Part shown: in pieces, positions 49,974-64,000 of the stretch
Position numbering within the stretch: position 1 is the first letter of the stretch
Layout: each line of letters opens with the position of its first letter
NCBI GenBank assembly: GCA_039189765.1
Contig: JBCCYL010000006.1
Location: 64,001-128,000 of the forward strand
Reading direction: 5' to 3'
DNA from: Cyanobacteria bacterium P01_F01_bin.150
Lineage (GTDB): Bacteria; Cyanobacteriota; Cyanobacteriia; CAKZMO01
DNA length: 64,000 bases
Made by a program: the position numbers and the translations under genes
Notes under the pieces: model-generated
What the model was told of the DNA's origin: nothing
Seen by the model: only the letters and a program-made list of their open reading frames with translations
Database searches by the model: none

Positions 49974-51761
49974 TCACGTCGTTAGCCCCTTCTGCTTGAG
50001 AAATTTAATAAAGTTGCGCTTGCGTTTGTATGCACGGCAAACTTCGTTGAGATAAGCTTCAAATTCGGCTTGGCGATCGCCCTTCACCATCAAGTCTCTA
50101 ATTTTCACCAGCAAATCCACCGCATCCTGATATGCCTGATTATTAGTCTGATCCAGCAATGGCTCAATCCGAGGCTTATAGATGCTCAGTGCATCTTCAG
50201 GATGACTTTGTTCTCTAGACTCAGCCAGGCGAAACCAGAGGGTAGGGTTACAGCCTCCCACATTAGCCTCCTCCCATGCCTGAGCATTATTCCCTTCCCA
50301 CAGAAGAATTTCTACCAGCAACGAATATCCAACTGTTGTATCCCGTCCAGAAAATCGATTTCGAGGACGTTGGGTGAAATAAGTGGCCTGGGGCTGGGGT
50401 TTGATTGCCCGTCTTACCCGCTCTATTGCTTTAGGTCTCCATTCTGACCAAACGCCTGTTTTGTCCGCCTGCTGCTTTAACGGTTGATAATACGACAGTG
50501 ATGGCTGTCGATCAAAATCACCCCAGACAATTGCCAAGGCATCTTCCCAGCGATGCTGTGCCTCATAGGATTTAATTAAGAAATCACCCAAATTGCCGCT
50601 GCGATAGGAATCAGAAAAAGCATTAAGGCCCTCTTCGGCCCAAGCGATCGCCTGCTCCATCTGCCCGTCTGCTTCATAGAGCTGGACAATTTGAAAATAG
50701 CGCGACGGCTGCGACAGATCCTCCGCAATGACCTTGACTAAATCCTCCAGAGAACCGGATAAAGACACCCATTTTTCCTTTATTTTAAGAAGCTTTTGAA
50801 ACCGATAGCTGGGCTTCGTTTTACCAGCATCCCCAGATTCACTGTCCACTTCCGCCAGCTCCGCCAGCTCCAGATCCACGAGCTGACCATAGGTTTTTAA
50901 GCCATCCTTGCCTAGAACGTCTCCATAGGTTTCTATCGCATCGTCAAAAAAGATATAGTCAGAATCCATCTCCAATCGCAGCAGGCTATCTGCTAAATCA
51001 TGGGGATCAGGATCTCCTTCTTTGCAGGCCAAGTAGTGTAGTTTTTTAATCCGATCCAAGCTCATGCTCACATATCCACCCGAGTCATCAATCGATTCAA
51101 AGGCATCATCGATTAAAGACATGGCGGTCTCGCACAGATCAATCACCTCATTGCCATAGCCTTGATCTAGAAGCTCTTCAAGCCTTGCCGTGGCCGAATC
51201 TACTTTATCGGCGTAGTCGGAAGAGTTATAATAGCTGATAAAGCCGTCGGGAATAATGGTGCTGTAGAGCGATCGCTGAAACGTCCCAATATCGAAACCA
51301 TCGGGCTGCTTAGCTGCCACTCTCATCAACAGCGTTTGCCGCAGACGTTCATCGTCCTTGGCCTGATTTAAAATCATTTGCACCAGGGCATCATGGGGCT
51401 GCTCGGACAAATAGGTCCGCACATCTGCCATGGTGGTTCCTTTTGAGGCAGGCGCTTCACTGGAGGGACGATAAGGTGGTGGTTCCGCAATCCAAGCTAG
51501 CCCCACGGCTACACAGTGCTTACAGAAAATTTCATCCACTCCCAGGGGACAAGTACATCTATATTGGAATACATTGTCTTCTAGCCACAGGCTAACCTGA
51601 TAGGTCTCAGAGCCAACAACATCTGCGGTGATCCGTTCGCCATATTGGGCGAGAGAGCAGACTAACCCACGATCGTTGTAATCAACTCCACGTAGAAAGT
51701 AGCGATCGCCCGCCAGCTCTCGCAATAAATCTTGATCGAGAATATCGCTAAGTGTGTCCAT
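49974..51761 (-). CDS. SWIM zinc-finger domain protein with helical-repeat C-terminus
   Basis: CTCP...FCKHCVA SWIM motif. Ends YKRKRNFIK. Confidence 0.85.
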   Translation of the reverse strand: MDTLSDILDQDLLRELAGDRYFLRGVDYNDRGLVCSLAQYGERITADVVGSETYQVSLWLEDNVFQYRCTCPLGVDEIFCKHCVAVGLAWIAEPPPYRPSSEAPASKGTTMADVRTYLSEQPHDALVQMILNQAKDDERLRQTLLMRVAAKQPDGFDIGTFQRSLYSTIIPDGFISYYNSSDYADKVDSATARLEELLDQGYGNEVIDLCETAMSLIDDAFESIDDSGGYVSMSLDRIKKLHYLACKEGDPDPHDLADSLLRLEMDSDYIFFDDAIETYGDVLGKDGLKTYGQLVDLELAELAEVDSESGDAGKTKPSYRFQKLLKIKEKWVSLSGSLEDLVKVIAEDLSQPSRYFQIVQLYEADGQMEQAIAWAEEGLNAFSDSYRSGNLGDFLIKSYEAQHRWEDALAIVWGDFDRQPSLSYYQPLKQQADKTGVWSEWRPKAIERVRRAIKPQPQATYFTQRPRNRFSGRDTTVGYSLLVEILLWEGNNAQAWEEANVGGCNPTLWFRLAESREQSHPEDALSIYKPRIEPLLDQTNNQAYQDAVDLLVKIRDLMVKGDRQAEFEAYLNEVCRAYKRKRNFIKFLKQKGLTT

Positions 51762-52629
51762 CTGCCTGATTAGGTTTACCTTAAGCCTGCAATGCGAGCT
51801 TCATTTCTAAATTAAATATAGATAGGAAATGCGGGTAATTGTCCCCCCTTGAATATTCCCATGAATGGAGGACACGGAGCATCCACAATCGCTTAAATCT
51901 TCACTTGCTCAAGCCAGTAAAGTATGAATAATCTTAAATGACACATCTGGTCGTAGCACCACTAAAGTAATATCTAAGAAGACCTTTGAAGAGTCCAGCG
52001 ATCGCAACCATCAGCAGCTAGACGTTGCAGCGATAAAAACGAATTACACTATGAACATAGGAGAAAAGCAAAGTAACGTGGAATCACGCCTCCTTGGGCT
52101 ATCTTCGCTTACCTGAGTGCTTCATAAAGCTCCTGAAGCCCTTACTTATTTTGTTCTGTAGTGTCATTAGCGATTGGAATCAAAGCGAAACGAACGTGAT
52201 CTAACTATGTGGACTAGGTAGGACTTCTGGTAGACCGCGTTCGCGAATCAATGCCTTTGGATCAGGTAGTTTTTTACACTAGCGTAAGATTTCAACCGCC
52301 CAGCAAACAAGTGTTGTTAGTCAACTAGTGATCTAAATGTTTCATAACGTATAGCTAGCTAACCGTGTTAGGAGACACGGGATACTCTACAACACGATCT
52401 GACAATAAGAGTCCTCTCAGTAAAGCAAATAGAAAATTTTACCTCTCTGGAATGAATGTGATGGGTGTAGCTAACCCCTAACTTCTTTCAGAACAGGATA
52501 GTTATCTTTAGAGTTTCGCTTCAGATCCTCAATGCGAACCTAAAGCCTATATTCAGTGGGTAAAAGATAATGTGGTGTGAATTTTAAAAAATAGAAAAAA
52601 ATAGTTAGTAAGCCTAGTAGGGTATTCTT

Positions 52630-53577
52630 ATGAACACTCAAGAACTCCTGAAGCGCTATGCGGCAGGAGAACGAGATTTTAATACAACAGATTTAAGTGG
52701 AGCTAAGTTACGTGCCGTCGATCTAAGGGGATCTAGCCTAAAAAATGCGATTTTATTTGAGGCAGATCTGAGCGGAACAAACCTGATTAACGCCAATTTA
52801 AATGGCGTGGTTTTTAGACAAGCAAATTTAACAGACGTTTGTCTTTCTGGCGCCAAATTAATTGGGGCTGATCTGTCAGAAACCCAATTGATAAAAGCGG
52901 ATTTAAGTGGGGCAAACTTGTGGAGAGTCATGCTAAGAAGAGCCGTTCTGCGCGACGCAAACCTGGCTCGAGCAAACTTACACCAAGCCAATTTAACAGA
53001 AGCAACTTTAACGCAAACAACCCTATGTGGAGCCAATTTAACCCACACAAATTTGACGGGAGCAAATTTGACGGGAGCAAATCTTAGGGGCGTCAATGGC
53101 ACAGAAGCAACATTTGTGCGATCGCAATTACGCGGTGCTGATTTAGAGCGGGCAACTCTTAGCAAGGCGACGTTCACAGGAGCAGATTTGGGTAGAGTCA
53201 ACCTGAGTGCTGCTAATTTAAGCGGAGCAAATCTTAGGGGTGCCAGTTTAGATGGCGCAAATTTAACTGGGGCAAACCTGACCCAGGCCAATCTCATTGA
53301 TACCAAGTTGATGCTCGCATCAATGAGAGGAAGCAAATTAGATAGGGCAGAATTAACGCACTCAAATCTGACTGAGGCTGATTTGAGCTGGGCCAGCCTA
53401 CAGGGAACCAATTTGAGCGCAGCAATGCTACGGAAGGCCGTACTGATGGATGTTGATTTGAGCACTGCAATTTTGCGAAGTGCCGATTTGAGTGATACGT
53501 GGGTTGATCTAGTCTCTGTCAGTGATGCAAATCTGGCATGGATAACGCCATCGTCCAAGCGACAACGGGCGGAATAA
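52630..53577 (+). CDS. pentapeptide repeat protein
   Basis: ELLKRYAAGERDF followed by continuous A(D/N)Lxx repeats. Confidence 0.95.
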   Translation: MNTQELLKRYAAGERDFNTTDLSGAKLRAVDLRGSSLKNAILFEADLSGTNLINANLNGVVFRQANLTDVCLSGAKLIGADLSETQLIKADLSGANLWRVMLRRAVLRDANLARANLHQANLTEATLTQTTLCGANLTHTNLTGANLTGANLRGVNGTEATFVRSQLRGADLERATLSKATFTGADLGRVNLSAANLSGANLRGASLDGANLTGANLTQANLIDTKLMLASMRGSKLDRAELTHSNLTEADLSWASLQGTNLSAAMLRKAVLMDVDLSTAILRSADLSDTWVDLVSVSDANLAWITPSSKRQRAE

Positions 53578-53672
53578 GGATTTATGACGTGGCCCTACGC
53601 ATCAATTGCGGCATAAAGAAAGGGCCAACTGAGAACACGTACCAATACCAATACTAATAGGGAGATGGACAA

Positions 53673-56643
<2,971 letters not shown>

Positions 56644-56682
56644 TAGAGTAATACAGCGAAAAGGTCTTGAAGCGCTAAAGAT

Positions 56683-56729
56683 ATAGGAGTTTTTGGTCCC
56701 TCACTGTACGAGGGACCAAAAACTCCTAT
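56683..56729. terminator. perfect 20-bp stem-loop between convergent katG and GH63 genes
   Basis: ATAGGAGTTTTTGGTCCCTC-ACTGTAC-GAGGGACCAAAAACTCCTAT. It includes the stop codon of the GH63 gene. Confidence 0.7.
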
Positions 56730-59431
56730 TCACCATACTGTTGGATTAACTTTGCCACCAGACCTGTCCAGCCAGTTTGATGACTTGCGCCAATCCCTGC
56801 CCCATTATCTCCATGAAAATACTCATAGAACAAAATTAAATCACGCCAGTGAGGATCGGATTGAAACGGCGTATCGGAGATATTTTCCTTTGAGGCTCCA
56901 TACACGGGCCGACAGCCTTGACCGTTCTGCTGAAAAATTCGCATCAGGCGATGGGATAGCTCTGACGCCACTTCCCAAAGCGTCAGCCAATTACCTGAAC
57001 CCGTAGGGCATTCTACCTTAAACTCATCCCCCGTATAGTGATGAAACTTTTGGAGTGATTCAATCAGTAAGTAATTGACCGGAAACCAAATAGGCCCCCG
57101 CCAGTTGGAATTACCACCAAATAGATGACTACTGGATTCAGCTGGTTCATAGCTAACCTGGTGGGCCTCATCCTTCACGTGGAACACATAGGGGTTGTCC
57201 TTGTGGTAGCGAGACAGTGCTCGAATACCATAATTGCTTAGGAACTCAGTTTCATCTAGCATTTTGCTGAGGATATGGCGGAAGCGATCGCTGTCTTCTT
57301 TTCGTCCCGTCGTCAAATAGGTCAGGGCTAGTAATCGCCTGGCCTTCTGTCCTTTCATATCCATACAGGCTACATTTTTCTTGAGGGCGGGACGATTGGC
57401 GATAAACCACTCTAGGCGTTCTTTAAAGTTGGGAAGCCGATCCAGGGTTTCGGGTTCAAGAATGGCGATCGCAAACAGTGGAATCAGACCCACCATCGAT
57501 CGCACCTTGAGGCGAATCTGTTCTCCGTTGGGCAAATTCAGCACGTCGTAGAAAAAGCCATCCTCTGGGTCCCAAAGCTGGGTATTGCCCTCACCCACAT
57601 GATTCATAGCGCTGGCGATATAGAGAAAATGCTCAAAGAATTTAGTCGCCATATCTTCATAAACCGGATTCTCTAGCGCCAGTTCCAAGGCAATTGTCAA
57701 CATATTGAGGCAAAACATGCCCATCCAGCTTGTACCATCTGCCTGTTCAATGGTGCCCCCGGTTGGCAGAGGCGAACTGCGATCAAACACACCAATATTG
57801 TCCAGCCCCAGAAATCCCCCCTCAAAAATATTGTTGCCCTCCTCATCCTTGCGGTTGACCCACCATGTAAAGTTGAGCAGCAGCTTTTGAAAGACCCGCT
57901 CTAAAAATTGACGGTCTCCTTGACCCTTGAGTTTTTGCTCAATCTTATATACTCGCCAGGTTGCCCAGGCATGCACAGGAGGATTAACGTCGCCAAAGGC
58001 CCACTCATAGGCTGGAAGCTGACCATTGGGATGCATGTACCATTCCCGAGTCATAATATCGAGCTGATTTTTGGCAAACTCCGGATCGATCAGCGCCAGA
58101 GGAATACAGTGAAATGCTAAGTCCCATGCAGCAAACCAGGGATACTCCCATTTATCAGGCATGGAAATTACGTCGTCACAGTGGAGATGCTGCCATTCCC
58201 GATTTCGGCCCTGTTTGCGTTTTTCTGGCGGCACAGGCATGGCCGGGTCTCCCTCCAGCCATTCATCTACCACATAGTAGTACCACTGCTTTGTCCACAT
58301 CAGTCCAGCAAAAGATTGTCGCTGAATATTGCGCAAATCTTCCGATAGATTGGCCGGAGTGACAGTGCGGTAAAACTCATCGGCTTCCTGAAGACGGGCC
58401 TGAAAACTACCGGTAAAGGCTGAACCCAGGGGATCGTCCAGCAGCTCTTCAGGGGATGGTTGATGGCGAAGCCGTAGTCGCACAACTTTGGTCATGCTAG
58501 GTTCTAAGGTGAGCTGATAGTGAGGCGATACCTTAGTTCCTTCCTGGGCGGAATTAATGGCTGATTGCTGACCATGGAGCACATAGTCATTGATGCCGTC
58601 TTTAGCATATTGGCCATTATTTACAGCGTCGTAAATCCGCTGGTGGTTGGTTTCATTATCGGTAAACAGAAGGGGAGGAGTGGCTTCACAATAAAAGTGA
58701 TAGGCTCCTAGTTCTTGGTGCTTTGTCTCCAGCACCGAGTAGTGATCGGTAATGGCCACCACTTTGATACCAGGCTTTGTACCATTGATACAGTCATTCG
58801 TCCAAGCCCACGTGTTCCGAAACCAAAGGGTCGGCAGTAAGTGCAACGTCTGAGTCTCTGGACCCCGATTTACAACGCTAATCTGAATCAAAATATCGTT
58901 AACGTCGGCCTTGGCGTATTCCACAAACACATCGTAGTAGCGACTGTCGGCAAATACGCCGGTGTCAAGCAGCTCATACTCCATGGCGTGGCGATCGCGC
59001 CGTTTATTTTCTTTGACTAAATCACCGTAGGGAAACGCCTGTTGGGGATACTTGTACAGCCCTTTCATATAGGAATGGGTGGGAGTGCTGTCCAAGTAGA
59101 AATAGTATTCCTTAACGTCTTCGCCGTGATTGCCCTGGTTCCCCGTTAGCCCAAATAGCCGCTCCTTCAAAATGGTGTCTTTGCCGTTCCATAGGGCAAC
59201 AGAAAAACATAGCCGTTGGTGATTATCGGAAATTCCTAAGATTCCATCCTCACCCCAACGATAGGCTCGCGATCGCGCCTGATCGTGGGGAAAATCTTCC
59301 CAAGCTTCTCCATGCTCACTGTAGTCTTCCCGGACGGTCCCCCACTGGCGCTCGGAGAGGAAAGGCCCCCAGCGTTTCCAATGGGCAGTGCGTTGGGCGG
59401 ATTGTTCAAGGCGATCGTGTTCGGCAGTCAT
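56726..59431 (-). CDS. GH63 / MGH1-like glycoside hydrolase
   Basis: [56 protein letters not shown]. Confidence 0.9.
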   Translation of the reverse strand: MTAEHDRLEQSAQRTAHWKRWGPFLSERQWGTVREDYSEHGEAWEDFPHDQARSRAYRWGEDGILGISDNHQRLCFSVALWNGKDTILKERLFGLTGNQGNHGEDVKEYYFYLDSTPTHSYMKGLYKYPQQAFPYGDLVKENKRRDRHAMEYELLDTGVFADSRYYDVFVEYAKADVNDILIQISVVNRGPETQTLHLLPTLWFRNTWAWTNDCINGTKPGIKVVAITDHYSVLETKHQELGAYHFYCEATPPLLFTDNETNHQRIYDAVNNGQYAKDGINDYVLHGQQSAINSAQEGTKVSPHYQLTLEPSMTKVVRLRLRHQPSPEELLDDPLGSAFTGSFQARLQEADEFYRTVTPANLSEDLRNIQRQSFAGLMWTKQWYYYVVDEWLEGDPAMPVPPEKRKQGRNREWQHLHCDDVISMPDKWEYPWFAAWDLAFHCIPLALIDPEFAKNQLDIMTREWYMHPNGQLPAYEWAFGDVNPPVHAWATWRVYKIEQKLKGQGDRQFLERVFQKLLLNFTWWVNRKDEEGNNIFEGGFLGLDNIGVFDRSSPLPTGGTIEQADGTSWMGMFCLNMLTIALELALENPVYEDMATKFFEHFLYIASAMNHVGEGNTQLWDPEDGFFYDVLNLPNGEQIRLKVRSMVGLIPLFAIAILEPETLDRLPNFKERLEWFIANRPALKKNVACMDMKGQKARRLLALTYLTTGRKEDSDRFRHILSKMLDETEFLSNYGIRALSRYHKDNPYVFHVKDEAHQVSYEPAESSSHLFGGNSNWRGPIWFPVNYLLIESLQKFHHYTGDEFKVECPTGSGNWLTLWEVASELSHRLMRIFQQNGQGCRPVYGASKENISDTPFQSDPHWRDLILFYEYFHGDNGAGIGASHQTGWTGLVAKLIQQYGE

Positions 59432-59435
59432 GAGG

Positions 59436-59470
59436 ATTTTAGATTTTGGATTTTAGATTTTGGATTTTGG
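59436..59470. repeat. STRR-type heptamer tandem repeat ATTTT(G/A)G x5
   Basis: Read directly. Lies immediately upstream of the GH63 start codon. Confidence 0.85.
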
Positions 59471-59731
59471 CCTCTGCCTTGCGATGTCAGTGAAGTCTAG
59501 ACATCACGTTCAAAATCATGAAAAACAAACATAGATGTTCAAAAAGAGTGACGATCAACGTTGGAACAGGAATTAAAAGACTTACAAAGCAATAAGATAC
59601 TGGAAGTGTGTAATAAGGCCAGAGACATCAGTATTGTATGAGCGGTATTGGAGCGGAGTGAGGATTTTTGAGGGTTTTCTTAGGGTTTGTGTAACACTGC
59701 ACCGTTTCGCTTAAAACAAAAGCTGATTTTT

Positions 59732-60658
59732 TTAGTTAAAAACCACCTTAGGCTTTAGAAAAATTGAGTCAAGCTGCTCTACATCTGAAGTTCGAAGCAA
59801 GCCGATACCCAAAAATGGATAGTCAGAACTACTAACTGTGACAACCTCTGGAAGAGGAGACGAAAGACGCTGGACGGCTTCATCAGCAAGAGGCATCACT
59901 CTGCCGTTGAGCCATCCTTTTTCGTGTTCGGCAGTTAAGACGATGGAATCCAGGTGATTTAATGCCTGATGTGGAAATACAGGAATAAACTGTTGGCTAA
60001 CCGCTAGCTCTTCTATCTGGTCAAAGGTCAAACTATCTGATAAAGCAAAACCATGACTTTCGGTTCGAATCAGGTTCGCCAAGGTTGCGCCCACATTTAC
60101 CCTGGCTCCAAGGTCTCTGGCGATCGCACGAATATACGTCCCTGGGCCACAGAAAATGGCGACTTCTAACTCTGGAAATTCGCCAGCTCGCCAATCAATA
60201 AGCTCAATATTGTGAACCTCAACTGTTCGAATCGGCACATCAATATCTACACCAGCACGGGCTAAATCATAGAGGCGTTTACCGTTCACCTGAATAGCGC
60301 TGTATTTGGGAGGGATTTGTTGAATAGTGCCAAGAAAGTGATTAAAGGACTTAATCACTTCCGTTTGTGTCAACTGAGGACAGGGGGTTTCGGAAAGGCG
60401 ATCGCCCTCCAAATCATCTGTTGTCGTCGTTACGCCAAAACGAATCACGGCCCGATACGCTTTGGGCGTTGGCAGATACTGAAGCAATCGGGTGGCACGG
60501 CCTAGAGCAATAGGCAGAACACCAGTAGCAGCAGGATCAAGGGTTCCTCCATGACCCACCCGTTTCATTCGCAAAATTTTTCGGACTTTGGCTACACAGT
60601 CATGAGAGGTCCAACCCGCAGGTTTGTATAAGTTTAAAAATCCTTCTAACGAGTCCAT
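59732..60658 (-). CDS. truB: tRNA pseudouridine(55) synthase
   Basis: KPAGWTSHD, GHGGTLDPAATGVL, QIPPKYSA, GTYIRAIARDLG. Confidence 0.97.
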   Translation of the reverse strand: MDSLEGFLNLYKPAGWTSHDCVAKVRKILRMKRVGHGGTLDPAATGVLPIALGRATRLLQYLPTPKAYRAVIRFGVTTTTDDLEGDRLSETPCPQLTQTEVIKSFNHFLGTIQQIPPKYSAIQVNGKRLYDLARAGVDIDVPIRTVEVHNIELIDWRAGEFPELEVAIFCGPGTYIRAIARDLGARVNVGATLANLIRTESHGFALSDSLTFDQIEELAVSQQFIPVFPHQALNHLDSIVLTAEHEKGWLNGRVMPLADEAVQRLSSPLPEVVTVSSSDYPFLGIGLLRTSDVEQLDSIFLKPKVVFN

Positions 60659-60886
60659 AACGTTGTACTGAATCCCTATTGTCCGAAAATTAAGCCTCGC
60701 TCATCCTAACGCTTACCGTGCCCTGGGGGATAGATTGTCAATTCTATGGCCGTGGCTACTTTAGTGAACACTCAGCAGGGTAGTAACATGACAGCTCTAA
60801 AACGGTGCATTACACTATCACTAAGACACCCTACGCGATCTACTTATAGCGGGGAGGGTTCAAAAGAGAATGTCCAGAGTACTCAG

Positions 60887-61111
60887 TTAAACAAAAACAG
60901 GAGTATTGAAGACAGCCGCTGTGATGGCGACCGATTCATTAATCAAACCGTAGCCACTGGCAAAATCGGGGCCAAGGTCAAAGAATGGGGTTGCTACATT
61001 TGTTGTATGACTAATCCAAACCTCAGATGAGGGGTCTGAGAGTGATTGGACCGTCTTGTCTAATTCTGGATTGAAAAAAGCAAGTGTATTAGGGAAAGTA
61101 GACGTTGCCAT
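60887..61111 (-). CDS. small hypothetical protein (74 aa)
   Basis: ATG at 61111 behind AAGGAAG. Contains FDLGPDFASGYGLIN. Confidence 0.45.
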   Translation of the reverse strand: MATSTFPNTLAFFNPELDKTVQSLSDPSSEVWISHTTNVATPFFDLGPDFASGYGLINESVAITAAVFNTPVFV

Positions 61112-61522
61112 AGTAGATCTTCCTTGTACTGTTAATCGTTGAAAAAATACGCACTGAAATCTGCCTCCCAATGGACGAACCAATGGAGAGCTAGGGATTG
61201 TCTAGTCCTGAATGCCTTCTCAATCAATAAACAGATTGGCTAAAAAGACAGAGAAGGCATTCACATAAGGGAAAATTTTTGTAAGCCGAGAAATGGGCTG
61301 ATATGGGGCTATCGATGCTGCATCAATCGATGATGCTCTGAGAGTTACGCTCATATCTTGCGCTAGAAGATGCAGACTCTTTCAAAGAACGACAATGGAG
61401 GCTATTTGTTCTTAGTCGGCCGTTTATGAGGCTTATCCAAAATTCGCCATTTCTGCATAACAAGCGGATAGCCGAGCGTTGCTACCACTTGATCCATCGT
61501 CTCCACATTCGATAAAAATCCA

Positions 61523-61780
61523 TCAAAAATTTCTTTCAAGAAAAGCGCGAGATCCCTCTCTTTTAGGTATTTCAGGCGGCTCGGCTTGGATGCTGTGCTC
61601 CCGAAAGCAATGAACGCTTATCGCCTGTGCTTGCGCTGGAATAGCTGCAATACCCAGAAAAATAACTAGAAAAAATCCAGCATAGAAACATCGAAGAGAA
61701 CATAATTTCTTAAATTGAGGCTTTGCAACAAAAGCCTGGGATAGATGAGAAAAAAGCATTAGAACTTCCGAGAGATACAA
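61523..61780 (-). CDS. small putative exported/membrane peptide
   Basis: Hydrophobic stretch with an AQAQA cleavage-like site and a PPEIPKREGSR tail. Confidence 0.4.
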   Translation of the reverse strand: MYLSEVLMLFSHLSQAFVAKPQFKKLCSLRCFYAGFFLVIFLGIAAIPAQAQAISVHCFREHSIQAEPPEIPKREGSRAFLERNF

Positions 61781-61820
61781 CTAGACTCAAGGCCGCTCAA
61801 GACGGCTAAGGGATTTAAGA

Positions 61821-62728
61821 TTGAGCGCAACACCATCAGAGCCGCAGGATGCAATACGGTCCTTAGTCCAATCAAAAAATGTCGAGATGCAATACTTTGG
61901 GGCTTTTCTGACAGCTTGCCGAGAGAGACTAATCAGGGTGATTGCTGAAATGGGTAAGGGGCGATCGCCCTACGCAAACAGAGAGGATTTAAGGAGAATA
62001 ATCGTAAAAGACGTGGAATTCATGGGAGATAAATGATATTATGTTCTATGCGGTTATCGATATGAACTGCTCAAGATGACCAATTTGTTATATTTCGACA
62101 CATTTAGTGCAAAGATTTGCGGTTATGCAATCTTGTGCCGAGCAGGGAGTAGCATGAGAGAGATTGATGGAGACAGATTATTTGGATATTTTAATGAGTT
62201 TTAGAGTACTTTATCTAAACAACTCGGATTTGATTCTGTAGAGATTTCACCTGATGTTCTTCTAGATCAGTTGGTTACTTTAGTCTGTAACGAATCAGTT
62301 GTTATGGTCATATCAGAAATTGAACAATCAAGACGAAATTTTCCAAAAATTTAAGATGCTTTTTGGTTTCCCTTATTAAAAAAATTTGAGATGCTTTTTG
62401 ATTTCCCTTCATCACTGAGAGGTGAATTCAAGTTATTTATGATTGCTTCAATTCATGAAAATATTTTTTCTAAATATTCTTGGGAGACATATTTAGAGGA
62501 AAATATTGATTCAAATAAATTTTCTAATTCTCCTCTTGAACTTCAATCCTGAACACCTTTGCCGATTTTTTACAGGGACGAATGTATGGCCTTTCCCAAG
62601 AGACAGCTACCCATATTTTGGCCAATCGTCATCGTCGCTTTTTACCGACATCCTGGCCACTGACATTTCCAACCCTAACATCACAGACATTGACTTCTGT
62701 ATCTGTCGGAGTAGAAGGAAGCCTATGA
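61821..62728 (+). pseudogene. degraded gene remnants (iSTAND-like fragment plus the 3' end of another gene)
   Basis: The frame through 62184-62460 reads GYFNEF*STLSKQLG...PDVLLDQL...SVVMVI...KI*DAFWFPLL (stops at 62202 and 62352). A second remnant ends in TGA overlapping the ATG at 62725. Confidence 0.5.
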
Positions 62729-64000
62729 CCGAAATAAACACAATGGGCGATCGCAAACATCAACAAGCCCTACGTTGTCTCCAAGTCTTTAAGGAGCAAT
62801 TTGAGGATCAAGCCTATAGTGAACAGGTGCTGGATTTAGCTAGCCATGCAGCGTTTCCGTTGACCTTGACGACCGATTTAATGGACTGTCTGCGGGAAAA
62901 CTTTTTCTCCGATTGTCCGTGGATTGCCAGTTCCGATATTTTGTTATCGGGGTTATGTAATTCTGTGGGATATGACCTGTATGAAATGGCTGCGGCCACC
63001 AAAATTCTTTTGCTAAAACGCTTGTTGGATCGATTTGGCAAAGATCGCCTTGATAAGCTCGAAATTTTTATGGGGGACTATATCCAGCACCATTTATCTC
63101 TTAACCCCAAAAGCGATCGCATCCTCAATGTGGGAGAACCCGGTGCGCCGCTAAAATAGACCGCTTTGGCGCTCTTAAAGCCCAGAGAGCTATACGAGCA
63201 AATTCGCCACGATTTGCAGACCCTTTTGCAAGGCCGTAACCCCAAAGACTACCTCCGGTTTGCGTCATTAGTAGAAACCTATGCGGCTCTATTGCCGATG
63301 GACGTGTTAGCGGAGTATCGCCCTTTGTTTATCGATTTAGCAGATCAGGTGGCAGAGGATAGTCAACGGTCTGAACCCATTTTCTATAAAACCGTAGAAA
63401 CCGTACCCATTTTCTATAAAACCGTAGAAACCGTTACCCTTAATCAGCGAAGGCAAGAGGTAGACCGTCGTAGCCACAAAGTCCCCTATTACCAAGAAGT
63501 GTTGGCAGAGGATGGGGCAGTTCTTTATATGATCGCTATTCCCGGCAACGAATTTTGGATGGGGACGGATAAGGATGCTCCAGAGTATCCGAGTAACAGA
63601 GACACGCCCAAACATAAGGTATTTGTTGCTCCCTTTTGAATGAGTCAATATCCCATTACCGAAGCCCAATGGCGAGTGGTATCGACCTTTCCAAAAGTCA
63701 ATCGAGACCTCAGAACCGAACATTTATCCCCATCAAAAGATGATCACCCCGTTAATGATGTGTATTGGCAAGATGTTGTAGAGTTTTGCGATCGCCTCTC
63801 TCAGAAGACGGGTCGCTCCTACCGTTTACCCAGTGAGGCAGAATGGGAATATGCCTGTCGCGCAGGAACAGAAACCGCCTACCATTTTGGGCCCACCATT
63901 ACCAAAGAGTATGCAAATTATGAAGATAACGGAACAATACCTGTGGGGGATTACGGGGTCGCCAATAATTTTGGGCTATACGACATGCATGGCAATATTT
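62725..64000 (+). pseudogene. FGE-sulfatase (SUMF1/CLec-fold) domain protein with vWA-MoxR-associated N-terminal domain, two in-frame stops, runs off window
   Basis: LASHAAFPLTLT.DL..LRENF..PW...DILLSGLC..VGYDLYEM. In-frame TAG at 63157 (LK*TALA) and TGA at 63637 (APF*MSQYPIT), then YRLPSEAEWEYACRAGT and NNFGLYDMHGN. Confidence 0.85.

Noticed and set aside
51762..52629. Long intergenic region as a hidden gene or ncRNA
   Set aside because: No convincing ORF, repeat or stable structure was recognisable by eye.
52656..53558. 300-aa antisense ORF
   Set aside because: Mirror of the pentapeptide-repeat gene. The repeat codons leave the opposite strand open.
62506..62724. N-terminal part of track ORF 62506..63159
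   Set aside because: The true start is more likely ATG 62725 (GAAGGAAG RBS, ATGA overlap). The upstream part is off-frame pseudogene sequence.
63157..63639. Programmed stop read-through or alternative genetic code
   Set aside because: The two stops differ (TAG, TGA), other genes use them as normal terminators, and neighbouring DNA is also decayed. Pseudogenisation is simpler.

Overview
This is a cyanobacterial chromosomal window, judged from dense HIP1 GCGATCGC octamers, heptamer STRR-type repeats, psbZ, fibrillin, a pentapeptide protein and the clpR-clpP3 operon. The backbone is mostly housekeeping: queA, yraN-ribH-psbZ, folK/pteridine reductase, exbB-exbD-exbD, bioB, two-component genes, an MPBQ methyltransferase, the clp operon, katG, a GH63 hydrolase and truB. 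It also carries two RTX-tailed secreted proteins, several small palindromic repeats and two MITEs. I found no rRNA, tRNA, CRISPR array or intact transposase. The most notable observations are: (1) an AT-rich tandem array of three paralogous ~218-226 aa proteins of no family I recognise (45.0-47.3 kb), preceded by a MITE with a perfect 9-bp target duplication; (2) a candidate divergent sRNA/small-protein module at 1.4-1.8 kb, where a two-hairpin RNA is complementary to the leader of the neighbouring gene (C4/CI-like logic); (3) a peroxiredoxin lacking its peroxidatic Cys directly upstream of katG; (4) a third, non-catalytic, chimeric-looking Clp subunit; (5) a folK-folM-FkbM-GT-like cluster; and (6) a decayed iSTAND/vWA-associated FGE-sulfatase locus at the right edge, possibly a DGR-type target. 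All family assignments come from motif recognition by eye, not from database searches.
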